From contig JAZRTK010000026.1 of the NCBI GenBank assembly GCA_045651985.1, forward strand, positions 173,102 through 237,101: 64,000 nt of DNA, written 5' to 3'. Shown here in pieces: positions 1-7,897 of this stretch. Position 1 is the first letter of the stretch. Each line of letters begins with the position of its first letter. Position numbers and translations under genes: made by a program. Origin of the DNA: Eubacteriales bacterium (GTDB lineage: Bacteria; Bacillota; Clostridia; Oscillospirales; CAG-272). The notes beneath the pieces are model-generated. The model had not been told where the DNA came from and made no database searches. It was given only the letters and a program-made list of their open reading frames with translations.

Positions 1-2
1 AG

Positions 3-1220
3 GCTGACCAGCAGGCTCCTTGGGACTATGCCGTTGCTAACGTTTCCGAAAAGAAGGAACTTATCAACACGACGGTTAAGGGCAGCCAGTTCAAGCAGCC
101 CCTCCTTGAGTTCTCCGGTTCTTGCGCAGGCTGTGCTGAGACATCTTACGCACGTCTTATCACACAGCTCTTCGGTGAGAGAATGTATATCTCCAATGCA
201 ACAGGATGCTCCTCCATCTGGGGCGGCTCCGCTCCCGCAACTCCTTACACAGTAAATAAGGAAAGCGGCAGAGGTCCCGCATGGGCTAACTCCCTGTTCG
301 AGGATAACGCTGAGCACGGTCTTGGTATTGCGCTGGGTCAGAAGACTATCCGCGAGAAGCTCATCGGCAAGGTTCGCGAGATGGCAGAGTCCGAGAAGGC
401 AACAGATTCCTTCAAGGCAGCAGCTAAGGCTTACCTTGATACAGTAAACGACGGTAAGGCAAACGGCGATGCGGCTGATGCTCTTATTGCAGAGCTTGAA
501 AAGGCTGCAAAGAAGGGCTGTCCCACAGCTCCCGCTATTCTTGCTGAAAAGGACTATCTGGCAAAGAAGTCCGTATGGATCTTCGGCGGTGACGGTTGGG
601 CATACGATATCGGTTTCGGCGGTCTTGACCACGTTCTGGCAACAGGCGAGGACGTAAACATCATGGTATTCGATACCGAGGTTTACTCCAACACGGGCGG
701 ACAGGCTTCCAAGGCTTCCAACATCGGTCAGGTTGCGCAGTTCGCGGCAGCAGGTAAGGCGATCGGCAAGAAGAACCTTGCAGAGATCGCTATGTCCTAC
801 GGCTACGTTTACGTTGCACAGGTTGCAATGGGCGCTGATATGAACCAGCTCCTCAAGGCACTGACAGAGGCTGAGGCTTATAACGGTCCTTCCATCATTA
901 TCGGTTACGCTCCTTGTGAGATGCACGGTATCAAGGGCACAATGGCTAACTGCCAGCTCGAGATGAAGAGAGCCGTTGAGGCAGGTTACTGGCAGACGTT
1001 CAGATACAACCCCACACTCAAGGCAGAGGGCAAGAATCCTCTTACCATTGATTGCAAGCCCGCAACAGCTGACTATAAGGAATTCATCACCAGCGAGACA
1101 CGTTACAGCCGTCTTGCACAGCAGTTCCCCGAAAGAGCGGCAGAGCTCTTCGATAAGGCTGAAAAGGCTGCAAAGGCTAAGTACGAGCGTCTGGAAAAGA
1201 TGGGCAAGCTTTACGAATAA
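3..1220 (+). CDS. nifJ: Pyruvate:ferredoxin (flavodoxin) oxidoreductase, C-terminal part (5' end outside window)
   Basis: Frame open from nt 3. EFSGSCAGCAETSY Cys motif, then the GGDGWAYDIGFGGLDH TPP-binding motif typical of PFOR. Confidence 0.9.
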   Translation, partial: ADQQAPWDYAVANVSEKKELINTTVKGSQFKQPLLEFSGSCAGCAETSYARLITQLFGERMYISNATGCSSIWGGSAPATPYTVNKESGRGPAWANSLFEDNAEHGLGIALGQKTIREKLIGKVREMAESEKATDSFKAAAKAYLDTVNDGKANGDAADALIAELEKAAKKGCPTAPAILAEKDYLAKKSVWIFGGDGWAYDIGFGGLDHVLATGEDVNIMVFDTEVYSNTGGQASKASNIGQVAQFAAAGKAIGKKNLAEIAMSYGYVYVAQVAMGADMNQLLKALTEAEAYNGPSIIIGYAPCEMHGIKGTMANCQLEMKRAVEAGYWQTFRYNPTLKAEGKNPLTIDCKPATADYKEFITSETRYSRLAQQFPERAAELFDKAEKAAKAKYERLEKMGKLYE

Positions 1221-1240
1221 TCTCATCGCAAATAAATTAC

Positions 1241-1270
1241 GGGGGACCCGAAAGGGTCCCCCGAACCTTT
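1241..1270 (+). terminator. Intrinsic terminator after PFOR
   Basis: GGGGGACCC-GAAA-GGGTCCCCC hairpin 21 nt after the stop; the following T-tract is weak. Confidence 0.6.
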
Positions 1271-1324
1271 TAAAATGAATGGACACACAAGACTCAAAAA
1301 GGTCTGAAGAATAATAAAACTCGG

Positions 1325-1353
1325 TTGACATATCTTTCAAAATGTGCTAAACT
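1325..1353 (+). promoter_or_regulatory. Sigma-A-type promoter for the YitT-like gene
   Basis: TTGACA-17 nt-TAAACT. Confidence 0.55.
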
Positions 1354-1496
1354 AACTTGGGGCGATGGAGCTTTCTTGCCGCGCTCTGAAAAGGGTATAA
1401 CCGCGTCCGAAAAGGAGAAAATATGAAAGAGATATACTCTCATACTGCCGAAAAGACTATAAAGGACGCGAGATAAACGCTTAAAACGGAGGAAAA

Positions 1497-2348
1497 ATGA
1501 AGAAAGATATTAAGGATTACGCATGGATGACCATAGGAGCTTTGCTGATGGGTCTTGGCGTCTACTTTTTCGAGTTCCCAAACCACTTTTCAACGGGAGG
1601 AGTGACGGGAATCGCGATTCTTTTGGCGGAGGTGTTCCCCGTTGTCAGCCCCGGACTTTTCATGCTTGTAATAAACGTTTTTCTGCTCATAATAGGGTTT
1701 ATTATAATCGGTCGGGATTTCGGCTTCAAGACCGTTTATTGCAGCCTGCTCATCTCGGGTGTGACCTACGTTCTTGAATTTATCTATCCCTTGTCGGCGC
1801 CGCTTACAAACGACACTCTGCTGGAGCTTGTTTTTGCGGTTTTTCTGCCCGGAGTTGGCGCGGCTATCATGTTCAACGTCAGCGCAAGCTCGGGCGGTAC
1901 CGATATAGTTGCCATGATAATCAAGAAGTACGCAAGGATAAACATTTCAAAAGCACTTTTCATGGCGGACATTGTGGTTGTCTGTCTGTCGGCGTTCGTG
2001 TTTAACATTCAGGTCTGGTTCTACTGTCTGGTGGGATTTTTGTGCCGAGTGCTTGTGGTGGACAATGTCATCGAGAGCATGAACACCTCAAAATATTTCA
2101 CCATAATCACCACCAAAGGCAAGGAAATAGCCGATTATATAACTATTGATCTGGATCAGGGCGCCACCATGTCAAACGCCTACACGGGCGTGTATACGGG
2201 TGAGCAGAAGACGGTCATTTTGACCGTTGTGCGCCGCCGAAACGCCGTGGCGCTTCGGCATCATATAAAGGAGATCGACCCCGACGCGTTCGTTATCATA
2301 AACAACAGCATGGATATTATCGGAAACGGTTTTCGAGAGGTCGTATAG
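1497..2348 (+). CDS. YitT-family membrane protein (DUF2179 C-terminal domain)
   Basis: 283 aa, polytopic N-terminal half, soluble C-terminal domain. RBS GGAGGA 5 nt upstream of ATG. Confidence 0.75.
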   Translation: MKKDIKDYAWMTIGALLMGLGVYFFEFPNHFSTGGVTGIAILLAEVFPVVSPGLFMLVINVFLLIIGFIIIGRDFGFKTVYCSLLISGVTYVLEFIYPLSAPLTNDTLLELVFAVFLPGVGAAIMFNVSASSGGTDIVAMIIKKYARINISKALFMADIVVVCLSAFVFNIQVWFYCLVGFLCRVLVVDNVIESMNTSKYFTIITTKGKEIADYITIDLDQGATMSNAYTGVYTGEQKTVILTVVRRRNAVALRHHIKEIDPDAFVIINNSMDIIGNGFREVV

Positions 2349-2357
2349 GAGGGAGAT

Positions 2358-3092
2358 ATGAATACAGTTCAGATCGCAAGAAAAAATGTAAAAATGATCG
2401 CGCATAGAGGACTGAGCGGAATTGAGACTGAGAACTCAAACGCCGCATTCGTGGCGGCTGGCAACCGTTCGTACTTTGGCATTGAGACAGACGTTCACGT
2501 AACCCGAGACGGCAGGTTTATCATTCACCACGATGACAACATCAAGCGCATGACGGGTGTTGACGTGGTTATCGAGGAGACCGACGCGGTGGAGCTTTCT
2601 CTTATCCGTCTCTACGACCGCAACTGCGAAAACCGCGAGAGCGAGGAACGCCGCTCCGACCTGTCCCTGCCAACCCTTGAGGAATACATCAGGATTTGCA
2701 AGAAGTACGGCAAAGCAGCGGTGCTTGAATTGAAGCGCAAAATGGCAACCGAGAGCATTGAGGGCATCGTTGAGGAGATCCGCCGTATTGATTACCTTGA
2801 CAACACGATCTTCATTTCATTCAGTCTTTTCAATATGCAGCAGATCCGCCGTATGCTGCCTTTACAGAAAGCGCAGTATCTTGTGAGCGCGTGGGATAAT
2901 GACCTGCTTCAAGTTCTCAAAAACCACAGGCTCGATCTTGACATCGCAGGAAGCGCGGTGACCCCCGAGCTTGTAAAGCTTCTTCATGAAAACGGTATTG
3001 AGATCAACTGCTGGACAATAGACAGCGCCGACACAGCGGCAAGGCTGGTTGAAATGGGCGTGGACTACATTACGAGCAATATTTTGGAATGA
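2358..3092 (+). CDS. Glycerophosphodiester phosphodiesterase family protein
   Basis: IAHRGLSG..ENS..AF and FGIETDVHVTRDGRFIIHHDD GDPD motifs. RBS AGGAGGGAG. Confidence 0.85.
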   Translation: MNTVQIARKNVKMIAHRGLSGIETENSNAAFVAAGNRSYFGIETDVHVTRDGRFIIHHDDNIKRMTGVDVVIEETDAVELSLIRLYDRNCENRESEERRSDLSLPTLEEYIRICKKYGKAAVLELKRKMATESIEGIVEEIRRIDYLDNTIFISFSLFNMQQIRRMLPLQKAQYLVSAWDNDLLQVLKNHRLDLDIAGSAVTPELVKLLHENGIEINCWTIDSADTAARLVEMGVDYITSNILE

Positions 3093-3589
3093 GCAAGATA
3101 AGAATAAGAGCCGCCGCGGCGGGAGAAGAAAAAAGAATAGGTGAGATCTACGAGGACGCGAAAAAATTTCAGCGTCGGACGGGAAACATGCACCAGTGGA
3201 CGGGCGCGTATCCGGGAGAGGAAAGTGCCCGCGAGGATATTGATAACGGCAAGCTATACGTTATTGAACAGGACGGTGAGATACACGGAGTGTTCTTCTT
3301 TGACTGCGGAATCGAACCGACCTATCTGAAAATATACGACGGCGCGTGGCCGTCCGATGAGCCATACGGCTTTATTCACCGCATCGCGGGGGACGGAGCT
3401 GTTCGCGGCGTCGTCCGTCTTGCCACCGAATGGGCATTGACTCGGTGCAGCCGCGTTCGCATCGACACTCACCGCGACAATGTAGTGATGCAGAGAGCCT
3501 TGGCTTCTGCGGGTTACCAATACTGCGGGATAATTTACTTACAATCGGGGGACGAGCGTCTGGCGTTTCAAAAAACAGGTCCCCTTTAA
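3089..3589 (+). CDS. GNAT-family N-acetyltransferase
   Basis: 166 aa, ATGA start/stop overlap with the GDPD gene, GNAT-like core by eye. The last codons and stop lie in repeat copy A. Confidence 0.7.
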   Translation: MSKIRIRAAAAGEEKRIGEIYEDAKKFQRRTGNMHQWTGAYPGEESAREDIDNGKLYVIEQDGEIHGVFFFDCGIEPTYLKIYDGAWPSDEPYGFIHRIAGDGAVRGVVRLATEWALTRCSRVRIDTHRDNVVMQRALASAGYQYCGIIYLQSGDERLAFQKTGPL

Positions 3590-3657
3590 AGGTGGTAGGA
3601 CACCCCAAACCAAAAACGAAAAACGACGGCTGAACACCGTCGTTTTTTGTTGTTTGG
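3581..3657 (+). repeat. Two-hairpin 3'-end cassette, copy A
   Basis: CCCCTTTAAAGG..CACCCCAAACCAAAA..AAAAACGACGG-CTGAACA-CCGTCGTTTTTTGTTGTTTGG. Collinear with copies at 16461, 26664, 33771 and 46188. Confidence 0.85.
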
Positions 3658-3663
3658 CAACTA

Positions 3664-3786
3664 TTATTTCTTAAATACTTTGTTGAGAAGTGCGGTCACA
3701 GCCATGATAACGCCGATAACCACGAAAATTGCCAGCATACCCTTGCCCATGTAGGGGAGGTTTGCCACGAAGTTCTGTGCGTTCAT
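3664..3786 (-). CDS. OadG-like small membrane subunit (40 aa; below the ORF-track cutoff)
   Basis: MNAQNFVANLPYMGKGMLAIFVVIGVIMAVTALLNKVFKK. RBS AAGGGAGGG 5 nt upstream. Starts 12 nt after the beta-subunit stop. Confidence 0.5.
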   Translation of the reverse strand: MNAQNFVANLPYMGKGMLAIFVVIGVIMAVTALLNKVFKK

Positions 3787-3798
3787 ATTATCCCTCCC

Positions 3799-4914
3799 TT
3801 ATTTTGCGCCAAAGAATGCGAGGATAAGACCGCCCGCGATAACAGACGCGATCTGACCCGATACGTTTACGCCGATAGAATGCATGAGCAGGAAGTTCTG
3901 GGGATCCTCGTCCTGACCCATCTTGTGAACGATACGGCCCGACATGGGGAATGCGGAGATACCTGCCGCGCCGATCATGGGGTTGATCTTTTCCTTTAAG
4001 AACAGGTTGAGGAACTTTGCAAAGAACACGCCGCCTGCCGTGTCGAAAATAAATGCGAAGAGACCGAGACCCAGGATCATTAAAGTGTTAAGAGACAGGA
4101 ACTTGTCCGCCTGCATCTGAGTCGCGACGGTGATTCCGAGGAAGATGGTAACCAGGTTTGCAAGGACCTTCTGTGCTGTCTCGGAAAGAGAATCAAGCAC
4201 GCCGCACTCGCGTATCAGGTTGCCGAACATAAGGAATCCCACAAGGGAAACCGATGCGGGAGCGATAAGACCTGCAACGATAGTGATAACGATGGGGAAC
4301 AGAATTCTGGTGGTCTTTGAAACCGACTTCTGGGTGTAGGGCATGCGGATCATACGCTCTTTCTTTGTGGTGCAGAGCTTGATGATCGGAGGCTGGATAA
4401 CGGGAACCAGAGCCATGTAAGAGTATGCCGCCACCATGATAGCGCCCAGGTACTTGGAGCCCAGCTGCTGTGCTACGACGATAGCCGTAGGACCGTCAGC
4501 CGCGCCGATGATGGCGATAGACGCCGCATCGTTGGGGTCAAAGAACATAGAAGCCGCGCAGAGGGTAAAAAATATACCGAACTGTGCCGCTGCGCCAAAC
4601 AGCATCAGCTTGGGATTTGAGAGCACGGGACCGAAGTCGATCATAGCACCGATACCGATAAAGAGTATCAGGGGGAAGAGCTCGTTTGCTATACCCGCCT
4701 CATAGAGCGTGGTAAGCGCGCCTTCTTCGCCGATAGCGCCCGACATAGGGATATTTACAACAAGCGCGCCAAAGCCCATGGGAAGCAGGAGAGTGGGCTC
4801 CATTTTCTTGGCAATGGCAAGGTAGATAAGTACTCCGCCTATCAGCCACATGACGATCATTTTCCAGTTGTCGCCGCTGAAAAGCAGTAGCAGGTTTTCG
4901 TAAAGAATTTCCAT
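3799..4914 (-). CDS. Sodium ion-translocating decarboxylase, beta subunit (OadB/MmdB/GcdB family)
   Basis: 371 aa polytopic protein with family-typical sequence throughout. RBS AAGGAG. Confidence 0.88.
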   Translation of the reverse strand: MEILYENLLLLFSGDNWKMIVMWLIGGVLIYLAIAKKMEPTLLLPMGFGALVVNIPMSGAIGEEGALTTLYEAGIANELFPLILFIGIGAMIDFGPVLSNPKLMLFGAAAQFGIFFTLCAASMFFDPNDAASIAIIGAADGPTAIVVAQQLGSKYLGAIMVAAYSYMALVPVIQPPIIKLCTTKKERMIRMPYTQKSVSKTTRILFPIVITIVAGLIAPASVSLVGFLMFGNLIRECGVLDSLSETAQKVLANLVTIFLGITVATQMQADKFLSLNTLMILGLGLFAFIFDTAGGVFFAKFLNLFLKEKINPMIGAAGISAFPMSGRIVHKMGQDEDPQNFLLMHSIGVNVSGQIASVIAGGLILAFFGAK

Positions 4915-4937
4915 TTTAGACTCCTTTTTTAAACTTC

Positions 4938-4964
4938 ACAATTATTTTAACACAAAATAATTGT
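4938..4964. promoter_or_regulatory. Perfect 11-bp AT-rich inverted repeat in the decarboxylase-beta leader
   Basis: ACAATTATTTT-AACAC-AAAATAATTGT, 24 to 50 nt upstream of the start codon at 4914. Confidence 0.35.
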
Positions 4965-4984
4965 TTTTTCAACATCTTTTTCAA

Positions 4985-5030
4985 ATAAAAAAGACTTTTG
5001 GGAGAGCATTTGTGCTTTCCCAAAAGTCTT
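4985..5030 (-). terminator. Intrinsic terminator after pyk
   Basis: 18-bp stem (one mismatch), 4-nt loop, T-run on the minus strand. Confidence 0.8.
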
Positions 5031-5130
5031 GCATTTTAATTTCCCGCCGAGAGACGGTGACCGCCTCTGTGATGACGCCGAGAACACGGACGCGTAAGGA
5101 TCCGTTTGCTACTCCCTTTTGGAGGGTATT

Positions 5131-6543
5131 TTAAACAGTTTCGACCTTTATCAGGTTTGTGTTGCCCGAGGCGCCGTTGATGTCGCCCGCGGTCATGACC
5201 ACGCTGTCGCCTTCTTTTAAGTGCAGCGCTTCCTTTGCCGCCTTTAATGCGTGGTAGAAAAGGACGTCGGTGGAGTTGAAATGCTCGGTTAGCACGGGAA
5301 GCACGCCCCAGGAAAGGGCAAGCTTATACCACACCTTCTTGTTTACCGCCATGCCCACGATGTCGGTAGGCGAGCGGAAGCGGGAGACCATTCGAACGGT
5401 CATTCCCGACATGGAGGTGACGACGATGGCCTTGGCTCCAATGTCGATCGCCATTCCGCAGGTGGCGTGGGAAATGGCATCGGCGCGGTTCTTTATCTTG
5501 AACTCGTTGTTCTTGAAGCGCGTTGCGTAGTGAATGTGCTTTTCGGTCTCCTCCACGATCTCAGCCATAGTCTTTACGGTCTGAACGGGGTATTTGCCCG
5601 CCGCGGACTCACCCGAGAGCATAACGGCGCTTGTGCCGTCGTAAACGGCGTTGGCAACGTCCGAAATCTCGGCTCTTGTGGGACGGGGATTCTGTATCAT
5701 GGATTCAAGCATTTCGGTTGCGGTAATGACTCTCTTGCCAAGCAGTCGGCACTTTGTAATAAGATATTTCTGCAAAGCAGGAAGCTCGGTAAAGGGGACT
5801 TCAACGCCAAGGTCGCCTCGACCTATCATGATGCCTGAGCATTCTTCGCATATCTGTTCGATATTGTCAATACCCGACCGGTTTTCTATTTTTGCGATAA
5901 TGTCGATGCTGTCGCCGCCGTGCTCGTGCAAAAACGCTTTGAGGTCAAGCAGGTCCTCGCGGCGGGAAACGAATGACGCGGCAATAAAATCCACCTCGTT
6001 TTCGATTCCGAAAAGGAGGTCGGCTTTGTCCTGCTCGCTCAGATAGGTCTGTTTTAAGACCTTTCCGGGAAAGCTCATGCTCTTTCTGTCAGACAGCTCA
6101 CCGCCGACCACAACTCGGCATATGACATCGGTGTGGGTGATCTCCTTTACCTCAAAGATGACCAGACCGTTGTTCACTAAAATTCTGTCGCCTATGGAAA
6201 GGTCGTTTACAAGTCCCCCGTAGTTGACCGAAACGCGGGTGCTGTCGCCCTCAACGTCGGAGACGGTAAAGGTAAACTCGTCGCCGTCGCAAAGGGTTAT
6301 CTTGTGATCGCGGAAGGTCTTTATACGGTATTCGGGGCCCTTGGTGTCAAGCATAATGGCGATGGGAAGATTCAGCTCTTCCCTCACCTTTTTTATCATT
6401 TCGATGTTTTCCTTGTGCTGTTCGTGTGAGCCGTGGGAGAAGTTGAGACGCGCCACGTTAAGACCCGCTCGGCACATAGAGGTGAACACCTTTTCGTCCC
6501 TGCTGGCAGGGCCTATGGTGCAAATAATCTTTGTCTTTCTCAT
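5131..6543 (-). CDS. pyk: Pyruvate kinase
   Basis: MRKTKIICTIGPAS..MLDTKGPE..IMIGRGDLGVE motifs, 470 aa. Confidence 0.95.
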   Translation of the reverse strand: MRKTKIICTIGPASRDEKVFTSMCRAGLNVARLNFSHGSHEQHKENIEMIKKVREELNLPIAIMLDTKGPEYRIKTFRDHKITLCDGDEFTFTVSDVEGDSTRVSVNYGGLVNDLSIGDRILVNNGLVIFEVKEITHTDVICRVVVGGELSDRKSMSFPGKVLKQTYLSEQDKADLLFGIENEVDFIAASFVSRREDLLDLKAFLHEHGGDSIDIIAKIENRSGIDNIEQICEECSGIMIGRGDLGVEVPFTELPALQKYLITKCRLLGKRVITATEMLESMIQNPRPTRAEISDVANAVYDGTSAVMLSGESAAGKYPVQTVKTMAEIVEETEKHIHYATRFKNNEFKIKNRADAISHATCGMAIDIGAKAIVVTSMSGMTVRMVSRFRSPTDIVGMAVNKKVWYKLALSWGVLPVLTEHFNSTDVLFYHALKAAKEALHLKEGDSVVMTAGDINGASGNTNLIKVETV

Positions 6544-6574
6544 TTTATAGCCTCAATTTTTTAAAATCCAAGGT

Positions 6575-6603
6575 ATTATACCTTATAATCCAAGTTTTTT
6601 CAA
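6575..6603 (-). promoter_or_regulatory. pyk promoter
   Basis: Minus strand TTGAAA-17 nt-TATAAT. The -10 sits inside the palindrome AAGGTA-TTA-TACCTT. Confidence 0.6.
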
Positions 6604-6639
6604 GGGGTTTTAAGAATTTTTGCGCCACTTAAACACAGT

Positions 6640-7212
6640 TTAGCGCAACAAGCCCCAAAATGCAATAATTATAAGGACAATACCGCCTGCAAGCTCGGCT
6701 TTTGACTTGTGCTTCGAACCAAAAACATTGCCCAGACCCACCCCCGCAAAGCTTGCGATAAACGTCACCAGACAAATGATAGCGCAGGCGCAAAGGATGT
6801 TTAGGAGAGGGGTCATGTGTGAGTTGAGAATAATAGGCTCCATGGCGAATGCTACGCCCACGGCAAAAGCATCGATGCTGGTCGCCACGGACATGGCGAG
6901 CATGGTGCCCGCGTCTAAGCGCGGGTCGGCTTTTTCTCCGAAAACAAAGGATTCGCGTATCATTTTTGCGCCGATAAAGGTCAGAATGACAAAAGCTATG
7001 AATGGCGCGGCGACTCGAACGTATTTTTCAAAGAACGCCCCGAGCAAATAGCCCAGAAAGGGCATCAGCCCCTGAAATCCGCCGAACCAAGCACCGCACA
7101 AAAGCGCACTTGACGTATCTACACGCCGCATGGAGAGTCCCTTGCAGACCGAGACCGCAAAGGCGTCGGCAGATAGGGCGACAGCTTCTATCAAAACAAG
7201 CAAAAGTCCCAT
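6640..7212 (-). CDS. mntP: Manganese efflux pump MntP family
   Basis: 190 aa, duplicated SxDAFAVxV motif (LSADAFAVSV, TSIDAFAVGV). Confidence 0.85.
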   Translation of the reverse strand: MGLLLVLIEAVALSADAFAVSVCKGLSMRRVDTSSALLCGAWFGGFQGLMPFLGYLLGAFFEKYVRVAAPFIAFVILTFIGAKMIRESFVFGEKADPRLDAGTMLAMSVATSIDAFAVGVAFAMEPIILNSHMTPLLNILCACAIICLVTFIASFAGVGLGNVFGSKHKSKAELAGGIVLIIIAFWGLLR

Positions 7213-7322
7213 TTGTCCTCCAGATTTTCAACTTTTTGTTTTCATTTTACCACTTGCTTGGTGCGAAGTTGGCATAATTTTGTCACCAAGTCAGTAAAAT
7301 TTTAAAAAGGAGGATTTTTGCC

Positions 7323-7856
7323 ATGTTTTTAGTAAAGCCTTACAACAGAGAACGGGCGGTAGAGTATGCCCGACGCTGGGCGCTGTCGAGAAACCCGCTT
7401 TTTGAGAATTTTTCGGGAATTGGCGGCGACTGCACCAATTTTGCTTCCCAATGCGTGCTGGCGGGATGCTGTCAGATGAATTACACTCCGACTTTTGGGT
7501 GGTATTACGTGTCGTCCTCTGACCGCACGCCCTCCTGGACGGGCGTGGAATTTTTCTACGACTTTATGACGACAAATGAGGCAGAGGGTCCCTTTGCCAC
7601 CGAGGTGCGCCGCCGTCAGATACGTCCGGGCGACCTTATTCAGCTGGCTGACTCATCGGGGGATTTTTACCATACGCTGGTGGTCAGTGAGATAACGGGT
7701 ATGCAGATCCTCGTCTGCGCCCACTCCCAGGACTCCCTTGACCGTCCGCTTTCTACATACGATTACGCCACCGCTCGATTCTTGCATATTGAGGGTGCGC
7801 GGGTAGAAGTCGAGGACGAGTGCTTTGAGGGGCTCATTGAGGGGACGTCATTATAA
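7323..7856 (+). CDS. Putative amidase-domain protein (Amidase_6-like)
   Basis: 177 aa; GGDCTNFASQCVLAG Cys motif and YHTLVV His motif. Confidence 0.55.
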   Translation: MFLVKPYNRERAVEYARRWALSRNPLFENFSGIGGDCTNFASQCVLAGCCQMNYTPTFGWYYVSSSDRTPSWTGVEFFYDFMTTNEAEGPFATEVRRRQIRPGDLIQLADSSGDFYHTLVVSEITGMQILVCAHSQDSLDRPLSTYDYATARFLHIEGARVEVEDECFEGLIEGTSL

Positions 7857-7860
7857 CAAA

Positions 7861-7897
7861 AACTCGGCGGTAATATACCGCCGAGTTGGCTTTTATT
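7861..7897. terminator. Bidirectional terminator between convergent genes
   Basis: AACTCGGCGG-TAATATA-CCGCCGAGTT followed by a T-rich tract. Confidence 0.8.

Noticed and set aside
7213-7322. Possible yybP-ykoY (Mn2+) riboswitch upstream of mntP
   Set aside because: The ~110-nt divergent region shows no GGGGAGTAG-type conserved core. Only a 7-bp stem (CTTGGTG...CACCAAG) is present, and the RBS GGAGG follows closely. I cannot support a riboswitch call.
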